Below, piece by piece: positions 24,911 through 35,770 of a stretch of 64,000 nucleotides of DNA. The notes under the pieces are model-generated. The model ran no database searches. It worked only from the letters and a program-made list of their open reading frames with translations, and was not told the origin of the DNA. Origin of the DNA: Camelus dromedarius. Lineage: Eukaryota. The stretch covers positions 108,688,001 through 108,752,000 of the forward strand of contig NC_087436.1 of assembly GCF_036321535.1 (NCBI RefSeq), given 5' to 3'. The position numbers were made by a program, and so were the translations under genes. Within the stretch, counting starts at the first letter, position 1; each line of letters begins with the position of its first letter.

Positions 24911-24991
24911 TGCAGACAGTGGGTATTGTTGTGATTATATGTGCGTCTCTGAAGCTGCTTCATTTGCTGGGACTGATTGATTTTTCGGAAG
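24880..24991 (+). CDS. KCNIP4: Kv channel-interacting protein 4, alternative first coding exon (hydrophobic N-terminus); partial CDS
   Basis: Encodes MLTLEWESEGLQTVGIVVIICASLKLLHLLGLIDFSE plus 1 nt, with ATG context aaggATG and donor AAG|gtaaag. I recognise this as a KChIP4 isoform N-terminus that continues DSVEDELEM, which fits the phase-1 G. The paralogous KCNIP1 exon, as I recall it, reads MLTQGESEGLQTLGIVVVLC. Confidence 0.88.
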
Positions 24992-27900
24992 GTAAAGTGG
25001 TCGCTCCCATCTGTGCCGTTGGTCAGGTCTGGTTCAGAACCGGATACAGACGCTGTAGAAGTTGAGGAGGCTTAACACGCAAAGTAAAAGTTTTAAAATA
25101 TGCATGCTTGACGTGGAGCCGTCTAGCACGGGGCAGTTCATTGCTGTTTACTCAGATATTTGACATTGGGAAGGAAGGGATATTGTGCTTTTCTCTTTCT
25201 ATTTGAAGCCTGTTTGAGGTGATATGGGTTAAACACATTTTCAAGGCGGGAAGTTAGGTTTCTATGCCATGGAGGGATATTACAGAGTGCTGTTTTGCTT
25301 GTCAAGTTTCATGTTGGCTACCACGCCTTAGTGCCATTAGTAATTCCATCCTCTGGAGGGGGACCCTGACTTGTAAGGGGAATATGTGCCTGCCTCATTA
25401 GTTAGGAGGTGCGGGGGTGGAGCTGGGTTATTGATTATGACATATAATGGATAAACTTTTGATTTAAAATTGAGTTGATGAATGCTTAGCAAAAATGTGC
25501 TTTGAACACTTAATTTGCAAAAGTGTTTAATTTACATTTCCCAATGAGCCACTCTGTTCATTTATCTTGAGTGGAAACCCATATAAGCATAAGACAGCAT
25601 TACTGTTACCAGTATTTTATCTGTCTAATATAAATTTTACTACCCAAATCAATTCTATTATTCAAAGATTAGAGAGTTTTAAAAAATTGATTAAATTTCC
25701 TTTAATAGCTTGATATATATGTGTATACACACATAATGAAATATTTTTTCTACTGAAATAGCATGCTTTGAATTATTTAAACCCTAATTATTTGATCAAT
25801 TCTATATCCAAGCTCTCCTTTCTTCTCAAGTGAAAGAATGGATTTCCTGAGACACTTGCTAGTATTCATTCTGGATAAGGATATGATCTCTTACTGCCAA
25901 GTTCTTTATGAATATTTACTTCTCACTTTGTGTGTAATGTAGAAAGATGATGAAAATATTTAAGCCTGCCTACCCGTGCTTCTAATCTTTCTAACAGAGT
26001 TAAGGGGCTAGGACCTGATAGCTATGACATGACCCCAAACTACATCCAATATACAGGTTGTTTCTGTTAATACGTTAATAATGGTCAGTGTATCTTACTT
26101 CCAGTAAGTTCTGGTTTCTAAAAGTGAGTTCATTATGTTCTACTGTTTAGACCAGTATGAGAACATAAGAAGTCCTCATCCAATCTTTGTATCTTTTTTA
26201 AAAGTATCCTCAATCTGTGACAAGTTCTGCTGAGGCACACGTAAGAATAATATTGTAATAGGATTAAGTAAAATCTCAGAAGATAGTTTCTTCTTTTTCT
26301 CATATCACACAGTAATTTTATTTAACTGTGGGAGTAATTTCATTTAACCCTACATTTTTCCTGGAAGGAAAACAATATATAAACAAATTTCTTCAACTTC
26401 TACACAATTTTACATTGTTTTGAAATTTCTGCCTTCATGCACCATTGGTGTCTTAACAAAACACAGATAAGATCATTTTGGTTTCTCTTGAATAGTTTGC
26501 CTGTTTCATTTTTTCTCCAAATTAGTTTTTATTCTCTGGACTTGGTTGAACCATAGCCCCCCACTTTAGTGCACTATCTTCAAGATGGCTTGATTTCAAA
26601 GCTAGCTGAAGCAGTCTCTAAAGAATAACCACCATGGGGATATTTGAGAAAGTCAACCTTCATGGCCCTAGGAGAGCACATGATTCTTTTATTGCCAGTG
26701 TTGGTAATGTTTAAAGTCAAATGTCCCAAGTTTGCCAAAGACCTCTGCAAATGACTCAGCTTTTATTCTCTAAGTTCTATCTTATGTCAGTTAAAGTTGA
26801 AGATTTTCAGACACCTTCAAATTTGAGTTCCAACAATACAAAAAGTAGAATTGTAAACCTAATTGCCCCAACTCAAATCACAGAATTTTCAGCTAGTCTG
26901 AAATGTCTTTCTTGGGACAGGTATCCATGTTCATATCCAGATAATCTCCATGACCATATATGAACCTCTGTCTCCATACACACACATATACAGGTGGTGT
27001 GCCTTGTGCCTGTACGTTTAGAGAAGTTATGTAAAATGTCCAATGAGCTTGTCTTGGAGTAGATGAAGATGAGTCCAGAGGTAAGAAATTGGAAGCAGAG
27101 TTACCAAGTTTGATTCAGTGTGTAAGCCTTGGTTGTGCTAAAATACAAAGATACAGGTTACCACCATGCATGTGGTATAAATACTTGACAAGTAGAAAAA
27201 TGGGGAAAAACACATTTTTGTTCTGAAGTATATGTTTAAAAAAGCTGATCTAGTCCAACTGTCTCATTTTACATAGGAGACAACTGCAACCCAGAGATGG
27301 TAACTGACTTATCAGAACAGCACTAACTGGGAGCAGAGACAGCACCAAATGCAAAGACTGTGAATCCCATAAGTGCTTTTCCTATCGCAACACACTTTTC
27401 ATTTATTTCTCGTCCCTAATATTGGGAAAGAGAGTTAATGAAAACATAGATGGGGAACTTCCTGAATTCCTGAACTGTCTACTAACATCCTATGAGATAG
27501 CTGAGGGAAATACATTCATAGGAAATAAGATTACACAGTATCCTACACAGCTTCTGGAAGGCTTTGATCCCAACCCAAGTGTAGGACCCAAGCATGGCAT
27601 GTGAGCAAGCTAAGCCAGACTACCAGCTTTATCACACGTGAGACTCAGGGTTAGAACAAAAGCAAAACAAGTGGTCTCCTGAGCCCCTTTCCTTCTCAGA
27701 TTTGCACCAAGTTTTGACCATCTGTAACATATTCAATGTCCATGAATAGCTAGTCTGAGTAGAATCCAACAATGGGACCCGATAAAATCATGGGAATTCT
27801 AGCCTCGGCCTCCTATCTATGTTTTCTCAGACTGTGACAGTGTCCAAGCAGAAACAGAACTTAGACTTTTTGATCACCAGCCAAGTGGAAGTATAAGAAA

Positions 27901-28619
27901 AAAATCATTTACAGAGCAAGCCATAAAATATCAGATCACAAGTCCTTCATCCTTTGTACCTGCAAATGATAAAAAGGCCAAAAAGGGCTATTCCAATGTA
28001 GATTGCAAAACATTTCCCTGAAATGGCACCACTTAGAAAATATGGCCGAGAGAAAGGCCAGAGAATTAGCCTTTCTTTTTGGTAAAGAAGTAAAGATGAG
28101 GCCCAGAGCAGAATTGTGAGCTTCTTTTAGGCAACACTGAACTTTTATACTGTCTTCAGAGGGCAGTGATTCTTCACTGGTGCCACTGTAGAGCACTTTC
28201 TTTAATATGACTCTCTGCATTGATTAACTTAGAAAGTAGTCTGAGTCTGTTTGAATGAGCGTGTCTGTATTAGGGTCAGGGCAAAGCAGTGTTACCTTAT
28301 TATTACCGTCTACAAGGGCCATTGAGAATTAGCCACAGATAGAAAAGGGTAAAGAGAAACATTTCTGCTCTCACTTAGATTAGATTCTGATTTTGATAAA
28401 GCCTTATTTTAAAAAATAATTCTCTTTTAGTTGAAATTCAAGGTTCGGGAAGCAAAAGCAATTTGTAAAGAGGATTAAAATGACTAATGGGATTTTAATA
28501 TAATGATTTGAGGTTTTACAAATACCCACTCATTAATAAAGGGAATGAGGAAGAACACGCACAAGATTAATCTCATCATTTCACAGTTTTGCATGTAATC
28601 TGTGTCTTACTGGATTCAA

Positions 28620-29270
28620 AATGTGTGCGGGGTCCTCTGTTAGGCATTGACCGGGATGGTGGGAAGGGACAAGATGAACATTAAAGGAATGTACCCTCAG
28701 GAAGCTTACATTCTAGAAATGGAAACTAATTACCAAGTGAGACAGATTAACCACTGAGCATAAGCCCAGAAATGGCCTGTAGAGGCACAGATGGTGTGGA
28801 ACATTCTGGAAAGGGCTCGAGGGAAGGCTTCATGGAGAAAAAAAAAACAAACAGTTGTACAGGACTTAACGGTGTAAGGAGTTCCCAGATGGCAGAATGG
28901 GGAAATAATATTCTAGGCTGAGCAAAGAGCTTGAATTGTGACTCTGAGCCCTGACAGAGGGTACTTTTCATGGAGAAGTGCAGCGGCTTGTAGCACATGG
29001 GCATCAGAATGTTGAAATGAATGTGGCTGAAGGGGCCCCTGGGGTGCAATGCTGAGAGGAGGTACTTGTTCCATCACCCATGAAGAGCCATTGACACGAA
29101 GTCTTCAACTTTGGGGGAGCAATGAACAGTATGGCAGCCCAGTGTTTTGGGTGGGCCAGTCTTGGAGTAAGGTGAAGATGAGTCCAGAGGTAAGAGAGTG
29201 GAAGCAGAGGTACCAGTTATACTTCTGGAACAATTCAGCTGAGAGACAAGGGCAAAAATCCACAGATGGC
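28620..29270 (-). mobile_element. LINE-2 fragment
   Basis: 'ccctcaggaagcttacattctag', 'agggaaggcttcatggag', 'gaagagccattga'. Confidence 0.65.
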
Positions 29271-30913
29271 CCTTCTTGACAAAATCTTTACTGTAAGCTG
29301 TCAATTTCCAGTTTTTCCAGAAACTCATGTTTAGTATATTATCCTTGACCTGCACCTGTTCTGAAGTGGCATTTTTTTTTTCAATTTCAGGGCAATGTTG
29401 TTTGGCTTTAAATAGAGTTCTTATGAGAAAAGAAAGATATCTGGGGCACACAGAGGTTGTAGCTACAGATATAGTAGCTTTGTTTATGGTGGGGACTTTA
29501 AAATTCTGAAAATATATCTGACATCTTGCAAGGTGTTCAATTATTTCGAACTTTTTAATTTTGGAAAAGTTTACGCACAAAAAGTACAGGGAATAGTATA
29601 ATGAGCTTTTACGTACCCATCATCCAGCTGCAATGATTACCAATACTTTGTTATTTGTTAAACCCACGTGGAAGAGACAGAAGTGATCAGAGATGACTCC
29701 CCAGAGGAGGTGGCTTCTAAGATGGGATTTTATGGATGAAGAGAAGTTTATCAATTTCATATGTCAGAAAGATGCTTGCACAAGTTCTATATGCAGGGCT
29801 CTAGGTGAGGTAATATCGACATAGGGACTTGGTATAAAATGTGGAAGTCCTGGAGCAACAAATAAAATGTGAAGGGGAAGTAATATAGTTCTGTTCCCTC
29901 TCCTTGATTATATAATGAACCTTGCCAGCTAGCGCAGTGCTTGGTATGTAGAACACACTAAAAGAATTACGGCCTGAGTGTAATTTACTCCTGTGGAGTA
30001 GTCGTGCCAGTGCACGCTGGTGCTGCAGAACTGAGAACCTCTAGTGCCTCTTTCAAGTTCCCAAAGTAGCCTGGAAACTGTTGATTAGTTGATTATGATT
30101 TGTTTTTACTCTTTCTTTTTTTTTTTTTTTTTTTTCTGCTAGTAAGATTTCACATCAAAATTCCCCTGCAAAGCAGAGATACCCACACACCAAAGGCATC
30201 TGAGACAGCTGTTCGTTAGAACCTTTTGGCCTTGGGCCATAATTTCAAATGAGACCTCCAGCAGTGAGCTGAAAAAGCCCAGCTTAGATGGACTTTAATT
30301 TGGCTGGGAAAGTAGACCTTTCAACTCCACAACTAGAAAAAAAAAAACTTAGATGTCTAAGTGAAACTGAACAAATATGCACTAAGTACCTACTGTGTGA
30401 AGGGGAATAGAGGACATGGGGTATTTTACCGTCCTTAGGGCATTTGCAAATTAGGTAAAGACCAAACAGCTCATGAATAACTAATCCAAGATTGAAAAGT
30501 GTCTGGTGAGAGGGATCAAGGCCTTTAGAAAACACAAAGAGAAGAGCCATCCCATCCAGTTGGAAGATTTCGGGGAAGGCTGCACGAAGGTGGTGGCATT
30601 TGAAGTCTGATGAGTTGAGGGATCAAAAGACTTTGATAAGTAAAGACTAGAAGCTAAAAGAAGGAATTTTTAAGAAAAGCAGTTTCCTAAAGTCATTATT
30701 TGTGATCACATTTGTTCTAAAAAATTCCATTAAATTAAGACATCATTAGTCCGTTTAAGTGTCTGTAATTAACTTGATAACGTACTTGGAACTGACTAGT
30801 TTGGGGACTATTATTTTTCAGTTTTGCTTACTTTGGGAACCCACTTCCTACCACAGCCTGGAGCAGAAAGCTGGAATCTTAGTGAGGAAGAATGAGGGTG
30901 GAGGGGTTGTACA

Positions 30914-31427
30914 TGTCAATGATATCCAGCCAAAGATCATAAGGAACACACCTGTGGTCAAACAATTTGGCTTCTTTCCTTTTTGCAGAAAGGGAGGACA
31001 CACACGATGGAGAACTGTGGGGCGTTTGGTAATGGAGTGTTAGAAAGGACTTACGGGATTTAGGAAGCTGTGCTTTGTTCTGGGTTGAGTGAAGTCAAGA
31101 AGCCAGGGTAATTGGCTTAATAAATCTGATACAGACTTAAAAGACTGGACAGAGGCTAAAGCAGTAATTGGCAAAGAACAAGCTACATTAATGAGAATGG
31201 CGGATATTTGGTTGTTTTTGTGGTTTAAACAAAGTTCATGTTTTGCCTTCTCTTAATGTGATTATGGTGTAATCTTGCTGTTATCTTGCTCAGTTGTAGG
31301 TATGGAGTGGTCTTGTCTGGTGTTGACATTCTGTGCCATTGTTTATATTCAACAAGAGAATGCTGAAGCCTCTCTGACAGAGTAGGGCAGCTCCCTCAGA
31401 GTCTCTGGGCTGCTCTCCCTCCTCACA
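30914..31427 (-). mobile_element. Old solo LTR (MER90/MER110-like, family uncertain)
   Basis: TG...CA ends, about 514 bp, near-TSD GTACA/GGACA. Start 'tgtcaatgatatccagccaaagatcataaggaacacacctgtggtcaaacaa' resembles recalled LTR consensus. Confidence 0.6.
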
Positions 31428-31700
31428 GGACAAGGAGGAGGGCAGAGTCAAGTGAGGGGCAAGTTATCTCTGAGGTTAAGTCCTGACTCAGTAACTTTGA
31501 GCAAATCACTTAACCTTCCTGATCTTGAGTTTCTTTTCCTGTAAAGTCAGGCTAACCAATCCCACCTTTCAAGATTATTGTAGGGAATAATGTAAGTGAG
31601 AGAGCTAGCTCAGGACTTGGAATACAAACAGAAGCCAATCAGTGCGTTTCTTGTAATTATGATGGGCTAAGATAACACGTTCAAAGTTCTTGTGTTATGT

Positions 31701-31885
31701 CAGTGGTTCTCAAGCTTTCTGTGTATCAGAATCACCTGGATGCATGTTAAAACACAGGTTGCTAGTTCCTGCTCTAAGCATTTCAGATTCAACAGATCTA
31801 GGTTAGGGTCTGAGAATTTGCATTTCAAGTGATTTCTCACCGTGGCTTGGTGCTGCTGGTCCGGAGCACGTTTCAAGAACCACTG
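31701..31885. mobile_element. MER5A hAT MITE, full length
   Basis: Terminal inverted repeats cagtggttct...agaaccactg; internal 'tcagaatcacctgga' and 'ctgagaatttgcatttc'. Confidence 0.9.
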
Positions 31886-31954
31886 ACTTACACCACAAGT
31901 CTGAAAGGCCACACTCACGATGTTCGTGGATGTTTGGCACCTGTTGAGCTTTAT

Positions 31955-32285
31955 TCTAGAACCATTGCCAGTCAGCTTGTTCTATCGTATTTTAGCCTTT
32001 GTGGGTCATGCAGTCTAACTCCTCAACTTTGTTGTTGTGACACAAGGCATGTGAAAACGAACGGATGTGACTGTGTTTCAATAAATATTTATAGAGACTC
32101 AAACCTGAATTTCATAGTTTTCTTCTTTCACAAAATATTATCTTTTTTAATCTTGAATCTTTTAATCTTGAAAAAATATCATTTTTTCAAACCATTGTAT
32201 ATGTCATACAGCACAGCTGAAAGGTCATACAAAAACAGGTAGCAGAGTGGATTTGACCTTTTGCTGAAATTTACCAACCCCCCGG
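31955..32285. mobile_element. MER58B-like hAT element
   Basis: 'aacgaacggatgtgactgtgtttcaataaa', 'tgaatttcatagtttt...tcacaaaatattatc', 'catacaaaaacaggtagcagagtggatttgacc'. Confidence 0.8.
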
Positions 32286-32849
32286 ACTAGAGTTGGCAAC
32301 AAAGAACCAGTTGAGAAGGGGTCTCAGGCCGGTGAGATGCTGCCTCTGGGAAACTCGTGCAGGTTTGTTGAGCCCTTAGTCTCACTGAGTGGATGGGGGG
32401 GTCTAGTCCTTCTTTGGGGTTGATGGAATTATCTGCCAAATTAGCAAGTGAGCTGAATTAGGATGTAGGTGTCTGTGCAATAAAATGTCTTCCCTTCCCC
32501 TAATTTCACAATTTCTAGGCCAATTTAGAGGGTTGCTATGTAGCGTAAGCCATTCATGTGATTGTGTTATGCAGTGAGTCTATACTGGAGCTAGACAGTT
32601 AGGGTCTCCCTTTCTTATTGATTTTTGTCTGGGTTTCATTGTCGCTTGCCTTTTTCATTGAGTTTATAAACTCTTGTGGGCTTATTAAAGACACATTTCA
32701 AATCTTCAAAGTAAACTGGTCTTTAGAGTATTGTGTTACATTGAGTCTTTTGGGTCAAGGACAAATACATTGGATCAATGAACTTTTTTTAAAAAAGGTA
32801 AAATCACCTTAAGTCTAAATTCTCTTGAAAATGAAGAATATGTAAATAG

Positions 32850-33085
32850 TGGGTAAGTTCATATTCTTTGAAATGAGGCAGACCTGAAGTCAGTTCTTAG
32901 CTCTGTTTTTGATGGTCTACATTGTCTTGGAAAAAGTTTATAACTACCTTGAATGTCAGTTCTCTCAAAAATGGGGAGAATAACAATAATCCTACCTCAT
33001 AGGATTATTGTGAGACATAAATTCAATGATATTTGTTAAAATCATGCTTAGCACAGTGCCTGGAACCCCAAGCTTACCAAGTATT
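32850..33085 (+). mobile_element. MIR SINE
   Basis: 'aaaatggggagaataacaataatcctacctcataggattattgtgag...gcttagcacagtgcctgg'. Confidence 0.8.
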
Positions 33086-33859
33086 TTATATTACTTATAG
33101 CATTAGTATCATTGCTGTCTTTGTTTTTCACTTCCATCATACGTCTTACTAAATATGGCCATTCATTCAATTATCCATGAAATAACGATTTTTAAAAGTG
33201 ATCTGTGTACCAGGCGCTGTGCTTAGGGACTTAAAGGCACAGTTTTGGCTAAGAGGGATTTACATGCAGACAAATTGGTTTAGTAAATTTCCCTGGTTTC
33301 AAATCTGTGCAGGGAGTATTGGGACATAAGAAACTGACTATTTAGAAGATGGGGAACTTCAGAAAGGACTCATAGAGGTGACCTTTGAGCTGAATCTAAG
33401 TGACCCTTCTAGCACTCAGCATCACACATCCTTGGGAACTACAGACAATTGATAAAACCTAGTTTTGCATTTTCATGCAAAATGCTTGTTGATCCCAGTT
33501 TCTAAGTCCTCACTCACATTCCTTTCTTTTCTCCCACAATGCCTTCTCCTACCCAAATGCCACCCATATTTCCCCATTTCAACCCAGATCAAAATCTACC
33601 CTCTCTCTAATCCCACATTCCGTCCTTAATCTGAATTCAGTCAATCCTGATGTATGTCAGACAGCATGTAATGGATAATAATAGGCCTTTGTGCACTGTT
33701 CTTCAAGCCATGTAATTTGTGTCCATTCATTTTCCCCTCACCTAGAGGAAAGGGACCACTCTACCTCTGCACAGGGTGAATTTTCCCCAGGTTTCCACAG
33801 GGTCCAAAGCAGTGCAAAGTATATCATGGAGGCTCAATAAATACATATCAGTGAGTGTC

Positions 33860-34760
33860 TCACTTCATCTTTGATGGCTTGTCCCTTTAAATCAATATAC
33901 TTGTCTCATCTTAACCCCATCCCCTTCCCACGTTCTTCCAATCTGACTTCATAGTCTCAAAAGAGAAAACTTTTAAAACATAGCAACTGAGCTGATGCTC
34001 AAGGTTCTTCTGTTTCACTTATAAAATAAAATCTCCATGTCCTTGCCTATGATACAGAGGTCAGGATCAGACCAGTGCCTCCTTGTCCATCATCATCTCT
34101 GGTCATTTATCCTTCTATTTCCTTTTATTCCCAAATTCATGTTCCAGCAACACTCTACTGAATTTCCCTGAGCATTTTGTGTCGTCTCCAGCTACCCAAA
34201 TTTTGCACATACTGCTCTCTCTCTTAGAATGCCCTTCCCTCCTCATATTCCTGGAGACATCATTTCAATTTTAAGCTCTAAGTTCATATTCTTCCTTCTC
34301 TGGGAAGCATTTTTTGACTTCCTGAAGCAGAAAAAAGGTACTCTGGCCCTGAGGCCTCTCTGCCTCTTCCCCACCCTCACCTGTGCCCATTTTATGTCCC
34401 ATGGGTGACAAACTCATCATTTCCCAAGCACCTCGTGCTATTTCATGTGTCATGGCTTTGCCTGTACTGTCACTGTCCTTCCTTTAGAGTAAAATTCTCA
34501 CTGGTCTTCACCTGATTAACTCCTTCTTATCCTTTAAGCTCAGATCAGGAGCCATCTGTCCCAGAAAGCCTCCCTTGAACCACCTGGCTGGCTGAAGTGC
34601 CCATTGCTGTTATCCCAAAGCACTCTATCTTAGCACCTCAGGCGACATTAAACTCTTGATTTCTGTCTTTTTCTCTTTCACTAAACTTCAAGCATCACAT
34701 AGGTGGAGCACTTATCTCTGCATCCTCAATGTCTTGTGGGTGAGTAGATGGATGGATAGA
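33860..34760 (+). mobile_element. LINE-2 fragments
   Basis: 'aactccttcttatcctttaagctcagatcaggagccatctgtcccagaaagcctcccttga' and related motifs. Confidence 0.6.
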
Positions 34761-34858
34761 TAATCGATAGGAAAGTATATTAAGAGGTTCTGGTAATAGA
34801 GTTCCCATTACAGTCTTGAATTACTATAATGTTTAGACAATATAATGTTTTTCTAAGG

Positions 34859-35087
34859 CAGGGTTTCTCAGCTTCAGCACTACTGGCATTTTCGGCTGGG
34901 TAATTTTTTGTTGTGGGTGCTGTCCTATGCATGATAGGGCCATTGGGAGAATCCCAGGCTTCTACCTACTAAATGCTGGTAGTACCTTTCTCCAAACTGA
35001 GACAACCAAGTGTCCCCAGGCCCTGCTGAATCTCCCAGGGGGAAGGAGAACAGGCAAAATCACCTCCCACCACTTTGAGAACCACTG
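34859..35087. mobile_element. MER20 hAT element
   Basis: Terminal inverted repeats cagggtttctca...tgagaaccactg; internal 'cagcactactggcatttt...ttgttgtgggtgctgtcctatgcat'. Confidence 0.9.
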
Positions 35088-35199
35088 GGTTGAGGAATGA
35101 TCAAACACAATTTGTAAATCTCTTTATAAACATATATTTATAAGTCATTAAACTGCATTTAAATGTGAAAAGTTGATAGCATTGGAAACATGAGTTTCC

Positions 35200-35770
35200 A
35201 ATTGCAAACATGAGTGGTAGGAAAAGGTATGCTTTTCCATTATTTAAGTAATAAACAATCATTGTAAGAAGTTTATAAATATACAAAAAGAAAGAAATAT
35301 AAATAAAACGCCCATAGTCCCACCATTCAAAGAATAACCACCGGTAATATTTTTACTTATTTCCTTTCAGTTTTTTTCTACATGCAGATTTGTTCCTTTA
35401 AATTTCATAATATTACTGTATGTATAAAATTTTATGTAGGTTTAAATTCAACAGTAGAGCAGAAATCTTTTTATATTAGATTGTAGATCCTTCATAAATA
35501 TTTTAATGCCTATATTAGATTCTATAAATTTATGTGATATAAGTCACTTATCCTGATTGTAGAGCATGTAAGTTATTTGCATTTTGTCTAGCATTTGAAA
35601 AATCCTATAATAAAACCTTTGTATGTGAAGTTGCTTATATATTTAGAATTATATTCTTAGGATAGAGCTTTAGAAGAAAAGTGAGTGGAACAAGAGAATG
35701 GACCGTATCAAGTATCCTGATGTATATTTGAGATAAGATTGCTTTTCAAAGCAGTGGCACAAATTTTCTT
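35200..35770 (-). mobile_element. Ancient L1 (L1ME-like) 3' fragment
   Basis: AT-rich; 'cccatagtcccaccattcaaagaataacca', 'tattcttaggatagagctttagaag'. Confidence 0.55.

Noticed and set aside
24992..25065. C-terminal part of the 61-aa ORF (KVVAPICAV...)
   Set aside because: Lies beyond the splice donor and is intronic read-through.
29074..29580. Longest ORF in the track (168 aa, minus strand)
   Set aside because: Spans decayed L2/L1 sequence, has a non-ATG start and no recognisable motif.
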